Of a DNA stretch of 30,224 bases, positions 18,876-27,679 are shown one piece after another. The stretch's first letter is position 1. Each line of letters opens with the position of its first letter. Made by a program: the position numbers and the translations under genes. The notes below the pieces were generated by a model. The model worked only from the letters and a program-made list of their open reading frames with translations, was not told the origin of the DNA and ran no database searches. Source of the stretch: Vulcanimicrobiota bacterium (lineage in GTDB: Bacteria; Vulcanimicrobiota; Vulcanimicrobiia; Vulcanimicrobiales; Vulcanimicrobiaceae); assembly GCA_003135555.1 (NCBI GenBank), contig PLCF01000016.1:936-31159 (forward strand), given 5' to 3'.

Positions 18876-19918
18876 CGCACGAGGACCGTTCCCGCCGGGC
18901 GGTCGAGCACCTCGCCTACGATCGCCGCGGTGCCCAGATCGGCGAGCTCGGCCATGACGCCGGCCGCGCCCGCGGCAGCGATCGCGATGAGCAGCCCGCC
19001 CGACGTCTGCGCGTCGGAGAGCGCGATGCGATACGCGTCGGCGACGCCCGGCGCGTACTGCGCGAACGCGGCGTGATCGCTCAGGTTGTCGCGCGTTCCC
19101 CCCGGGACGGCCTCGCGCGCGATGAGGTCGAGCAGGCCGTCGAACAGCGGCACCCGTCGCGCGTCGATTGCAAGCGCGACCCCTGAGGCGCGCGCCATCT
19201 CGCCCGCGTGCCCCACGAGCCCGTAGCCGGTGATGTCGGTCGCCGCGTGGGCGCCGTGCGCGAGCATCGCGCGCGCAGCCCGGTCGTTGAGCCGCGTCAT
19301 CTGCGCGATCGCCGGACCCAGCGCTGCATCCTCGATGAGGTCGCGCTTGCGAGCGGTGGTGAGAATGCCGGTCCCGATCGGTTTGGTGAGGATCAGCAGG
19401 TCGCCCGGACGGGCGCCTGCGTTGGTGACGACGTGCCCGGGGCGGATCGTTCCGGTGACCGCCAAGCCGTATTTGGGCTCGTCGTCCTTGACCGTATGGC
19501 CGCCCAAGATGACGACGCCGGCCTGGCTCGCAACCGCCGCGCCGCCTTCGAGGATGCGCGCCAGGATCTCGGTCCCGAGCTCCTCGACCGGGAACGCGAC
19601 CACGTTGAGCGCGGTGATCGGGATGCCGCCCATCGCGTACACGTCGCTGAGCGCGTTGGCCGCCGCGATGCGGCCGAAGTCGTACGGGTCGTCGACGATG
19701 GGCGTGAAGAAGTCGACGGTCTGGACCAGCGCCAGGTCGTCGCTGAGGCGGTAGACGCCGGCGTCGTCGCTCGTCGCGTGTCCGACGAGAACGTTCGGGT
19801 CCGTCACGGGTGGCAAGCGGCGCAGGACCTGCGCCAGGTCGGCAGAGCCGACTTTACTCGCTCAACCCGCGCAGGCCGAGTACGCCGTCAGTCGGATTTG
19901 ACGGCCGGGGGACTTCAT
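18872..19918 (-). CDS. selD: Selenide, water dikinase SelD, selenocysteine-containing (UGA at codon 19)
   Basis: ATG 19918 reads MKSPGRQIRLTAYSACAG-UGA(19864-19862)-ASKVGSADLAQVLRRLPPVTDPNV, in frame with DDAGVY, QTVDFFTP, ANALSDVYAMGG, GGHT, TDITGYGL, DAQTSGGLL. Confidence 0.96.
19819..19861 (-). promoter_or_regulatory. Candidate bacterial SECIS element
   Basis: Hairpins 3' of the UGA: GACCUG-GCG-CAGGUC (+22..+36), or GUCGGC-UCU-GCCGAC (+10..+24) together with GGCGCAG-GUC-CUGCGCC (+27..+43). Confidence 0.7.
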
Positions 19919-19965
19919 CGTATGTCGAATACACCACGCAGCACCGAACGTCCGCCGGAGAACTC

Positions 19966-21141
19966 GTGTCGAAGAACCTCTTGTTCATCCCCGGTCCCGT
20001 CACCGTCGCCGAGACGGTGCTCGGCGCGACCGCGCGACCGCTGATCGATCATCGCGGCCCGGAATTCAAAGCGCTGCTCGAGAGCATCGAGCGCCGCCTC
20101 AAACCGATCTTCGGGACCGAGCGCGCGCAGATCTTGATCCTGGGCTCGTCGGGCACCGGCGGCCTCGAAGCCGCGGTCGGGAACCTCTTCGGACCCGGTG
20201 ACCGCGTGCTGGCCTGCCCCAACGGCGTCTTCGGTGATCGGCTCGTCGCCATCGCGCGGACCTTCGGCTGCGAGGTCGAGGTGCTCGACACGCCCTGGGG
20301 CGGTGCCGTCGACGCGGCCGCGCTGCGGGCGCGGCTCGCCGCGGCGACCGGCGACGCACGCTTCGACGGCGTGCTGCTCACGCACAACGAGACCTCGACG
20401 GGCGCGCAGAACGACCTGGCCACGCTGGCCGAGGCCGTGCGCGGTCACGGCGCCTACGTGGTCGTCGACTCGGTCAGCGGCCTCGCCGCGAGCGAGTTCC
20501 GGATGGACGAGTGGGACTTCGACGTCGTCGTTTCGGCATCGCAGAAGGCGCTCGCGGCACCGCCCGGTCTGACGATGGTCGCCGTCGCGCCGCGCGCTTG
20601 GCAGCGCATCGAGGCCAACCTCACCGCGCAGCGGTTCTACTTCGACCTCCGCAAAGCGCGCGAGTTCGCGGTGCTGGGTCAGACGCCGTGGACGCCGCCG
20701 GTTTCGATCGTGTTCGGTCTGGACGCCGCGCTCGACGAGTTCGAGCGAACCGGCGCCGCCGCCGTGCACGAGCGCCACGCGCGCTACGCGCGCGCGATCC
20801 GCGCCGCCGGGCAGGCCCTGGGGCTGGAGGCGTACTCGCACGACGGCGCGCACTCCCCGACCGTGGTCGCGCTGCGGCTGCCGGCCGGGGTCGACGGCGA
20901 CGCCATTCGCCGCAGCCTGCGCGAGGGGCGCGGCGTCGTGATCGGCGGTGGCCAGAAGGACCTCAAAGGAAAGATCATTCGCATCGGGACGATGGGCGAT
21001 CTCACCCAGACCGACGTGCTGGGCGCGCTGGGCGCGCTGGAGATCGCGTTGCTCGAGGCCGGGGCACCGATCCACGCCGGCACCGGCGTGCAAGCCGCGC
21101 TCAACGTGTTCCTCGAAGCGGAGCAGCCCGCCGCCGTGTAA
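19966..21141 (+). CDS. Class-V PLP aminotransferase (alanine-glyoxylate/serine-pyruvate aminotransferase-like)
   Basis: LFIPGP, DHRGPEF, SSGTGGLE, THNETSTG, VDSVSG, SASQKAL (PLP Lys), RIGTMG; GTG after GGAG. Confidence 0.93.
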   Translation: MSKNLLFIPGPVTVAETVLGATARPLIDHRGPEFKALLESIERRLKPIFGTERAQILILGSSGTGGLEAAVGNLFGPGDRVLACPNGVFGDRLVAIARTFGCEVEVLDTPWGGAVDAAALRARLAAATGDARFDGVLLTHNETSTGAQNDLATLAEAVRGHGAYVVVDSVSGLAASEFRMDEWDFDVVVSASQKALAAPPGLTMVAVAPRAWQRIEANLTAQRFYFDLRKAREFAVLGQTPWTPPVSIVFGLDAALDEFERTGAAAVHERHARYARAIRAAGQALGLEAYSHDGAHSPTVVALRLPAGVDGDAIRRSLREGRGVVIGGGQKDLKGKIIRIGTMGDLTQTDVLGALGALEIALLEAGAPIHAGTGVQAALNVFLEAEQPAAV

Positions 21142-21279
21142 CGCGGTCTTTACCGGGCGGCCGCGCCCACCCGCGGGGGGCCGCCGCGCCGGAGGGAATC
21201 GACCTTCCGACGAAGCACTTTTCCTGACTTCGGTTCGCGCAGATGCCCGGCTCCGCGCCGGGAAGAGAGGCCGACCGCG

Positions 21280-22161
21280 TTGCACGACCTCGCCCAGCAA
21301 ATCGTCAGCGGTCTGGCGACAGGTTCGATCTTTGCCAGCATGGCGCTCGCGCTCGTGCTGATCTATCGAGCCATGGGGATCATCAATTTCGCCCAAGGTG
21401 AGATGGCGATGTTCACCACCTACATCGCCTGGCAGCTGGTGCAGAACGGGATGCCGATGTGGGCCGCGTTCGGCGCCACCGTCCTGGTGGCGTTCGTCGG
21501 CGGCGTTGCGCTCGAGCGGCTCGTCATCCGTCCCGTCGAGCGTGCGCCGCAGCTCACCGTGGTCATCGTGACCCTGGGCTTGTTCACGGCCTTCAACGGC
21601 CTGGCCGGCTGGTTCTGGGGCTTCATCGTCAAGTCGTTCCCGACGCCCTTTCCGACCTCGCCGTTGCAACTGGGCGGCGTGGCCTTCAGCGCGCAGGACC
21701 TCGGCGTCATCGTCGTCTCGCTGGTCACGCTGGGCCTGATCTCGCTGTTCTTCCAAAAGACGAAGCTTGGGCTGGCGATGCGTGCCGCGGCGCTCTATCC
21801 CGAGGAGAGCCGCATGCTGGGGATCCGCGTCGGCTGGATGCTCGCGTTGGGCTGGGGGCTGGCTGCGGTCGTCGGGGCGATCTCGGGGATCATGATCGCG
21901 CCGGTGGTGTTCCTGGATCCCAACATGATGCAGACGGTGATCGTCTACGCGTTTGCCGCCGCGGTCTTGGGCGGTATCGAGAGCCCGATCGGCGCCGTCG
22001 TCGGCGGGCTGATCCTGGGCGTCGGGATCAACCTGCTCGGCACCTACGTCGACGCGATCGGCAACGAGCTGCGGCTCGCGGCCGCATTGGCGGTCATCGT
22101 CGTCGTCTTGATGGTCAAACCGGCCGGGCTCTTCGGCCGCGCCACGGTGCAGCGCGTCTAG
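21280..22161 (+). CDS. livH: HAAT-family ABC transporter permease (LivH-like)
   Basis: SGLATGSIF, INFAQGE, TKLGLAMRA, AAAVLGG, KPAGLFG. Confidence 0.92.
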   Translation: MHDLAQQIVSGLATGSIFASMALALVLIYRAMGIINFAQGEMAMFTTYIAWQLVQNGMPMWAAFGATVLVAFVGGVALERLVIRPVERAPQLTVVIVTLGLFTAFNGLAGWFWGFIVKSFPTPFPTSPLQLGGVAFSAQDLGVIVVSLVTLGLISLFFQKTKLGLAMRAAALYPEESRMLGIRVGWMLALGWGLAAVVGAISGIMIAPVVFLDPNMMQTVIVYAFAAAVLGGIESPIGAVVGGLILGVGINLLGTYVDAIGNELRLAAALAVIVVVLMVKPAGLFGRATVQRV

Positions 22162-23198
22162 TGGCGGCTCCCGGGATGCGCTCCAACGGTCCACGGCTAG
22201 CGGCGATCGCGCTGGCGATCGTGGTCATCGCGGTGCTCCCGGCGATCGCCCCGTCGTTCATCGTCTTCGACTTCATCTTCGTGGCTGCGTACGCGATCGC
22301 GATCCTGGGGCTGATCGTCCTGACCGGGATGAACGGCCAGATCTCGCTGGGTCACGGCGCGTTCATGGCGCTGGGCGGCTATGTCGCCGCGGTGCTCGCG
22401 CACAATGCCGGCTGGCCGTACTGGATCGGCGTTCCGCTCGCCGCCGTCGCGAGCGGCGCGTTCGGGATCCTCATCGGGCTCATCGCGCTGCGCCTGGCCG
22501 GGGTCTACCTGGCGCTCGCGACGTTCTCGCTGGCCGTGGCGACGCCGTCGTTTCTCAAGCACTTCAAGAGCGTCACCGGCGGCTTCGGCGGGCTGTCGCT
22601 GGACACGGTAAAGGCCCCCGGCTGGTTTCCGCTCGACGCGCAGAACTGGCTGTACTACGTGGCCTGGGCGGTCACCGGCGTCGTCTTCTTGCTCTCGGCG
22701 CTGCTGGTGCAAGGCAAGTTCGGCCGCGCGTTGCGGGCGCTGCGCGACAATCCCATCGCGGCGGTCTCGTTCGGCGTCAACCCGTACTACTACAAGACGC
22801 TGGCGTTCGGCTGGAGCGCGGTGCTGGCCGGCATCGGCGGCGCGTTCCTGGCGATGGCGACGGCGTACGTGAGCCCCGATACCTTCACCTTTGCGCTCTC
22901 CATCACGCTGCTCATCGGGGCGGTGCTGGGCGGAATTCTGACCTTTTGGGGCGCACTAGTCGGAGCGATCGTCGTCGAGTTTCTCCCGTTCGTTGCGCAA
23001 AAGATCAACGCCGGCGCGCCCGGCGTCGTGTACGGCGTCGCCTTGATTCTCATGATGCTGTTCGTCCCCGACGGAATCGTCGGCGGACTGCAGCGACTCG
23101 TTCGCGGGCTGATCGGACAGCCGCAGCTACAGCCCGCGCTCGAACCCACCGTTCCACCCGCCGCTTCGATAGCGGTCGATCAGCCCTCGCGCGAGTAG
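22161..23198 (+). CDS. livM: HAAT-family ABC transporter permease (LivM-like)
   Basis: GQISLGHGAFM, LRLAGVYLALAT, GRALRALRDN, PDGIVG; start GTG 22161 or ATG 22176. Confidence 0.92.
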   Translation: MAAPGMRSNGPRLAAIALAIVVIAVLPAIAPSFIVFDFIFVAAYAIAILGLIVLTGMNGQISLGHGAFMALGGYVAAVLAHNAGWPYWIGVPLAAVASGAFGILIGLIALRLAGVYLALATFSLAVATPSFLKHFKSVTGGFGGLSLDTVKAPGWFPLDAQNWLYYVAWAVTGVVFLLSALLVQGKFGRALRALRDNPIAAVSFGVNPYYYKTLAFGWSAVLAGIGGAFLAMATAYVSPDTFTFALSITLLIGAVLGGILTFWGALVGAIVVEFLPFVAQKINAGAPGVVYGVALILMMLFVPDGIVGGLQRLVRGLIGQPQLQPALEPTVPPAASIAVDQPSRE

Positions 23199-23240
23199 CG
23201 CAACGTCACGCGCCGGCTCGGCGCAATCGAGGAGGTATCA

Positions 23241-24497
23241 GTGAAACCATTCATTAGCAGAACCGTGACCGGCATCTTCGCCGCAGCCTTTGCGCTGGCC
23301 GTAACCGGTAGTACGATCGCGCCTGCCCGGGCGGCCGATCCCGGCGTAACCGATACCGAGATCGTTCTGGGCGGTACGCATCCGTACAGCGGCCCGGCAT
23401 CGGCATACGGAAACATCGGGAAAGGCATCGCCGCCTACTTCAGCTACGTCAACGACAAAGGCGGAGTGAACGGGCGCAAGATCAAGTACATCGACAAGGA
23501 CGACGGCTACAGCCCGCCGCAGGCGGTGCAGCTCGTGCACCAGATGGTCGAGCAGGACAAGGTCTTCGCGATCTTCGACACGCTCGGCACGGCGGTGAAT
23601 ACCGCGATCCGCCCGTACCTCAACCAGCAAGGCATCCCGCACATGTTCGTCGCCACGGGCGCCACGACGTGGGGCAAGGATGCCAAGCAGTTTCCGTGGA
23701 CGATCGGCTGGCAGCCCGACTATCAGTCCGAGGCGATCATCTACGCGAGGGACATCCTGACGAATCACCCCAAGGCCAAGATCGGCGTCCTGTATCAGAA
23801 CGACGACTACGGTGAGGACTACAACGTCGGGCTGAAGCGCGGCCTCGCCAAGCACGAGAACATGATCGTCAAGATGGCGTCGTACGAGACGACCGATCCG
23901 AGCGTCGGCTCGCAGATCGCGACCCTCAAAGCCTCGGGCGCGGATACGTTCATGATCTTCGCCACGCCCAAGTTCGCGATTCAGGCGATGGTGCTCGCGG
24001 CGCAGCAGTCGTGGCATCCGGTGATCTACCTGAACAACGTTTCGGCCGCCGTGCCCTTCATGAACGCGGCGTCCAAGGCGGGCGGGCCGGGCGCGGTCGC
24101 CGGCGTGATCAGCACGATCTATCTCAAAGATCCGGCCAACCACGCGCGCTACGCCGGCGATGCCGGGATGAAGCTCTACAACGAGATCATGGCCAAGTAT
24201 CTGCCCAGCGCCGACAAGGACGACGGCAACTACCTCTACGGCGTGGCGATCGCGTACACGATGTGCGACGTGCTCAAGCGCGCCGGCAAGGATCTGACGC
24301 GCAAGAAGGTCATGGACATCGCGGCGAACCTCACGGAGAAGGACAACCCGTGGGCCTACCCGGGTGTCGTGATCCACAGCTCGCCCGACTTCCGTTTCCC
24401 GATCACGCAGATGATCGCGGCGAAGTGGCTCACGACGGACTGGTCTCCGATGGGAGTGCTCGTCGACACGCGCACGATGACGACGGCAGCGAAGTAG
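23241..24497 (+). CDS. HAAT-family ABC transporter substrate-binding protein
   Basis: SD GAGGAGG; signal peptide ending ARA; PGVTDTEI, GGVNGRKI, DDGYSP, LYQNDDYG. Confidence 0.93.
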   Translation: MKPFISRTVTGIFAAAFALAVTGSTIAPARAADPGVTDTEIVLGGTHPYSGPASAYGNIGKGIAAYFSYVNDKGGVNGRKIKYIDKDDGYSPPQAVQLVHQMVEQDKVFAIFDTLGTAVNTAIRPYLNQQGIPHMFVATGATTWGKDAKQFPWTIGWQPDYQSEAIIYARDILTNHPKAKIGVLYQNDDYGEDYNVGLKRGLAKHENMIVKMASYETTDPSVGSQIATLKASGADTFMIFATPKFAIQAMVLAAQQSWHPVIYLNNVSAAVPFMNAASKAGGPGAVAGVISTIYLKDPANHARYAGDAGMKLYNEIMAKYLPSADKDDGNYLYGVAIAYTMCDVLKRAGKDLTRKKVMDIAANLTEKDNPWAYPGVVIHSSPDFRFPITQMIAAKWLTTDWSPMGVLVDTRTMTTAAK

Positions 24498-24501
24498 CCG
24501 G

Positions 24502-25242
24502 GTGGCGTCTCTGCTGGAAGTCCGCGGCCTGACGATCCGGTTCGGCGGCATCACGGCGTTGAACGATGTTTCGTTCGACGTCGCCGAAGGCCACATCGCC
24601 GGATTGATCGGCCCCAACGGCGCCGGCAAGACGACCTGCTTCAACTGCATCACGCGCCTCTACCAGCCCAGTTCGGGGCAGGTGGTCTTCCAGGGCGACG
24701 ATCTGCTGCGGTGCGCGCCGCAGCAGATCGCCGGAAAGCGTATCGCGCGCACTTTTCAGAACGTGGCGCTGTTCGACCACATGACCACGCTCGACAACGT
24801 GCTCGTCGGCGGGCACGCGCGGTTTCCCAGCGGACTCGCCGGCCGGCAATTCGAAGCGCAAGCGCGGGCGGAGGCGCTCGAGATCCTCGACCGGCTCGGG
24901 ATGGCGCAGTGTGCCGGGCGCCCGGTCCGCGGGCTGCCGTTCGGGACGCGCAAGAGCGTCGAGCTCGCGCGCGCGCTCATGGCGAAGCCCGTGCTCCTGC
25001 TGCTCGACGAACCGGCGGCGGGGCTGAGCCACGAGGAAGTCGCCCAGCTCGGCACCACGATCAAACGCGTCGCGGTCGAGTTCGAAACGACGATCCTGAT
25101 GGTCGAGCACCACATGCAATTGGTGATGAGCGTCTCCGACCACATCATCGTGCTCGCCTCAGGTCGCAAGCTCGCCGACGGCACTCCCGAAATCGTCCAG
25201 CAGAATCCGGCGGTGATCGAGGCGTACCTTGGCACCGTCTGA
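24502..25242 (+). CDS. livG: ABC ATP-binding protein (LivG-like)
   Basis: GPNGAGKTT, ARTFQN, LLLDEPAAG, VEH, NPAVIEAYLG. Confidence 0.94.
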   Translation: MASLLEVRGLTIRFGGITALNDVSFDVAEGHIAGLIGPNGAGKTTCFNCITRLYQPSSGQVVFQGDDLLRCAPQQIAGKRIARTFQNVALFDHMTTLDNVLVGGHARFPSGLAGRQFEAQARAEALEILDRLGMAQCAGRPVRGLPFGTRKSVELARALMAKPVLLLLDEPAAGLSHEEVAQLGTTIKRVAVEFETTILMVEHHMQLVMSVSDHIIVLASGRKLADGTPEIVQQNPAVIEAYLGTV

Positions 25243-25954
25243 GGGCGCGCTGCTCGAAGCGCGGGACCTCCACGCGCGCTACGGCGAGATCGAAGCGATC
25301 CGCGGCGTCGATTTGACCGTCGCCCGCGGCTCGATCGTGGCGCTGCTGGGGGCGAACGGGGCCGGCAAAACGAGCACCTTACGGGCCTTGACCGGCACGA
25401 TCAAAACCACCGGCACGGTCGTGTTCGCCGGTCGCACGCTGCAACGGCGCACCCCCGAGGACGCGGCGCGGATCGGGATCGGCCACGTGCCCGAAGGCCG
25501 CGGCACGCTGAGCAGCCTCTCGGTTTGGGAGAACCTGATGCTCGGCGCGTACTGCGTGAGCAAGCGCACCTCCGTACGCGCGCGCTGCGATCGCGTCATC
25601 GGATATTTCCCCTGGCTGGCCGAGCGCAAGCACCAACCCGCCGGGACGCTCAGCGGCGGCGAGCAGCAGATGCTGGCGATCGCGCGCGCGCTGATGCTCG
25701 AGCCGCAATTGCTGTTGCTCGACGAGCCGTCGCTGGGGCTGGGCCCCAAGATCGTGCGCGACATCTTCGCCCTGCTGCGCACGATCAACCAGCAGGACGG
25801 CGTCAGCATCCTCGTCGCCGAGCAGAACGCGACGGTCGCGCTCGCGGTTGCCGATCATGCCTACGTGCTGGAGACCGGCCGCGTCGCGGTCTCCGGGCCC
25901 AGCAGCGAGCTGGCCGGCAACGACCGCGTCCGGCGTTCGTACCTGGGCTACTGA
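25229..25954 (+). CDS. livF: ABC ATP-binding protein (LivF-like)
   Basis: GANGAGKT, VPEGR, LSGGEQQMLAIARAL, LDEPSLGL, EQN, SYLG. Confidence 0.94.
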   Translation: MAPSEGALLEARDLHARYGEIEAIRGVDLTVARGSIVALLGANGAGKTSTLRALTGTIKTTGTVVFAGRTLQRRTPEDAARIGIGHVPEGRGTLSSLSVWENLMLGAYCVSKRTSVRARCDRVIGYFPWLAERKHQPAGTLSGGEQQMLAIARALMLEPQLLLLDEPSLGLGPKIVRDIFALLRTINQQDGVSILVAEQNATVALAVADHAYVLETGRVAVSGPSSELAGNDRVRRSYLGY

Positions 25955-25973
25955 GCTAGGCTCAGGGCGACAA
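25951..25973 (-). repeat. REP-like half motif TTGTCGCCCTGAGC at the livF stop
   Basis: Minus strand ttgtcgccctgagcctagctcag. Confidence 0.45.
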
Positions 25974-26009
25974 AAAGAAACGCCCGGGAGCTTGCTCCCG
26001 GGCGTTTCT
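25972..26009 (-). terminator. Rho-independent terminator of the 26030-27355 gene, possibly bidirectional
   Basis: agaaacgcccgggagc/gctcccgggcgtttct inverted repeat; minus-strand tail TTTCTTTTT. Confidence 0.85.
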
Positions 26010-26029
26010 CATCTGAGAGACTCGATGGG

Positions 26030-27355
26030 CTACTTGAACATGTTGTTGGTGTCGAGGTGGAACGTCCCGATGACGTCCCACGAACCGACGTGGATCGCGT
26101 TGGGCCCCACGAACGGCGTACCCTGAGGAACCGAATGGTAGTCCGAGTGGCGCAGCGCGAGCGTGAAGCCCGGGCTGAACCGCTTGCTCAGCTGCATCGT
26201 CAGCGCCGAGTTCCAGCGATACGGGACCCCGGTCGTCGTGCCGAACGGAATGTTGAGGGTGGGGTTCTCGTAGAAGTTCAGCGCGCCCCAACGCTCGTTC
26301 ATCAGGAACGTCACGCCGCGCCGTATGTCTACGGGCAGGATCCAGCTGACGCCCTGGGTCGTCTCCCAGTACGCGCTCGTCCCCGGGTTCTCGTCGAAAT
26401 AGCCGACGTTGCCGTTCCCGTTCGGGCACGTCAGCTGCGAGGCCGACCCGGTCGCCGCGGTCAGCGCGTTGATCAGCGCCGCGCTGCAGAGCATCCCGAC
26501 GTGGTGGTCGACGTTCTGATGATCGGCCGTCCATGTCAGCGCGAACACGCTGTTCCAAAGGTCTTTCCACGGCTTGGTCGTGTACGTCAAACCGGCGTAG
26601 CCGTAGTGGTGCTCGGTCGAGCTGACCGAGCAGTTCGCGCCGGTCGACTGACCGTTGTTGTTGCACAGGAACGGCACGGTGCTCGTACCGTTGCCGCCGT
26701 TGGTCCAGATGCGATGCCGGAACGAGTCACCGACGTCGAGCGTCCAGAAGCGGTCGAAGGCATACGTCGCGTGGTACTGCAGGATGATGTCGCGGCTGTC
26801 GCTCGGGCAGATCCGGTTGGCGAAGCCGCCGGGTGCGACCGGCTGAAGGACGCACTCCAACGGCTGGTTGACCGTGCCTTCGGTAATGCGGTCGAACAGC
26901 AAGTTCAGCTTTTTCGTGATCGGGAAGCGCACGGTGCCGCCGACGTCGAGCGGGTCGTACAGGTTGATCGGGCTGAGGCCGGTCACCGGCAATGCGGGCC
27001 GGTTCGCGTAGTACGCCGGCTGGGTGAACGTCACGACGAAGTCGATGACGGGCAGCATGCTGAACGGCGTCGCCTTGGGAGCCGGACGCGCCTGGGCCAG
27101 GACGGGAGCCTTGTCGACGGCCGGCGGCGGAACGACCTGGGCAACCGGCTGCGGCGGAGCCACGCTCGTGGGCGCCGGGGCGGCTGCTGGGGCGGCTGCT
27201 GGGGCGGTTTGGTCCGCGGCGGCGACCGGGACGTCGGGGGCCGCACCCGGGTCGGTCTGTGCCTGGGCGGTCGTCGTCGCGACGAGCGAGAGGGCTACGG
27301 CGGCGCACAGCGCCGTCAGCAGCGGGCTGATCTTACGAAGATGCAAAGCATCCAT
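26030..27355 (-). CDS. Exported protein, predicted outer-membrane beta-barrel of unknown family
   Basis: Signal peptide ending AQA, Pro/Ala linker, alternating amphipathic strands (YGYAGLTYT, FALTWTAD, GVSWILP, FTLALRH, WDVIGTFH); SD AAGGAGG. Confidence 0.7.
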   Translation of the reverse strand: MDALHLRKISPLLTALCAAVALSLVATTTAQAQTDPGAAPDVPVAAADQTAPAAAPAAAPAPTSVAPPQPVAQVVPPPAVDKAPVLAQARPAPKATPFSMLPVIDFVVTFTQPAYYANRPALPVTGLSPINLYDPLDVGGTVRFPITKKLNLLFDRITEGTVNQPLECVLQPVAPGGFANRICPSDSRDIILQYHATYAFDRFWTLDVGDSFRHRIWTNGGNGTSTVPFLCNNNGQSTGANCSVSSTEHHYGYAGLTYTTKPWKDLWNSVFALTWTADHQNVDHHVGMLCSAALINALTAATGSASQLTCPNGNGNVGYFDENPGTSAYWETTQGVSWILPVDIRRGVTFLMNERWGALNFYENPTLNIPFGTTTGVPYRWNSALTMQLSKRFSPGFTLALRHSDYHSVPQGTPFVGPNAIHVGSWDVIGTFHLDTNNMFK

Positions 27356-27519
27356 TGTGTGAGGGTGCCTCCTTACGAGAGCGCTGCTTGGAGGTGCCCC
27401 TCGTGGCGGGCGCGGCGTACATCCCCGACGGCGTTCTTCAACGTCCCGTCGAATTGGTTGTCCGCCCGTCCCCGTGCCACGGAAGAAGAATGCCTTCCCT
27501 CCGAATGCATTACGGAAGA

Positions 27520-27547
27520 AGTATCATCCAAGCCAGCTGTTTGTCAA
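27520..27547 (-). promoter_or_regulatory. Candidate sigma70 promoter TTGACA-N16-GATACT
   Basis: Perfect -35 at 27547-27542 and 4/6 -10 at 27525-27520; implies a leader of about 157 nt. Confidence 0.55.
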
Positions 27548-27679
27548 ACGTAAAGCCCGCTGCAAAGGTGCCCCAGGCGCAAACGTTACGGACCCGCCCA
27601 TGAGAAACAGGGGTTTGTCGGATACCAGGGCCGCCGGGCGATCCGGCGAAAACGCCCGCCCCACCCCGCCGCTGGAAAG

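Noticed and set aside
19810..19965. N-terminal extension of the aminotransferase ORF (likewise lon 11453, hsp20 10983, tag 4116, livM 21459)
   Set aside because: The extensions overlap neighbouring genes or regulatory sites; downstream starts match family N-termini and have an SD or translational coupling.
27177..27207. 12-bp tandem repeat (about 2.6 copies)
   Set aside because: It simply encodes the AAAP linker; not CRISPR-like and frame-neutral.
27560..27625. GCAAA...GGCGCAAA resembling a c-di-GMP-I riboswitch
   Set aside because: No convincing P2/P3 stems or GNRA loop-receptor could be built.
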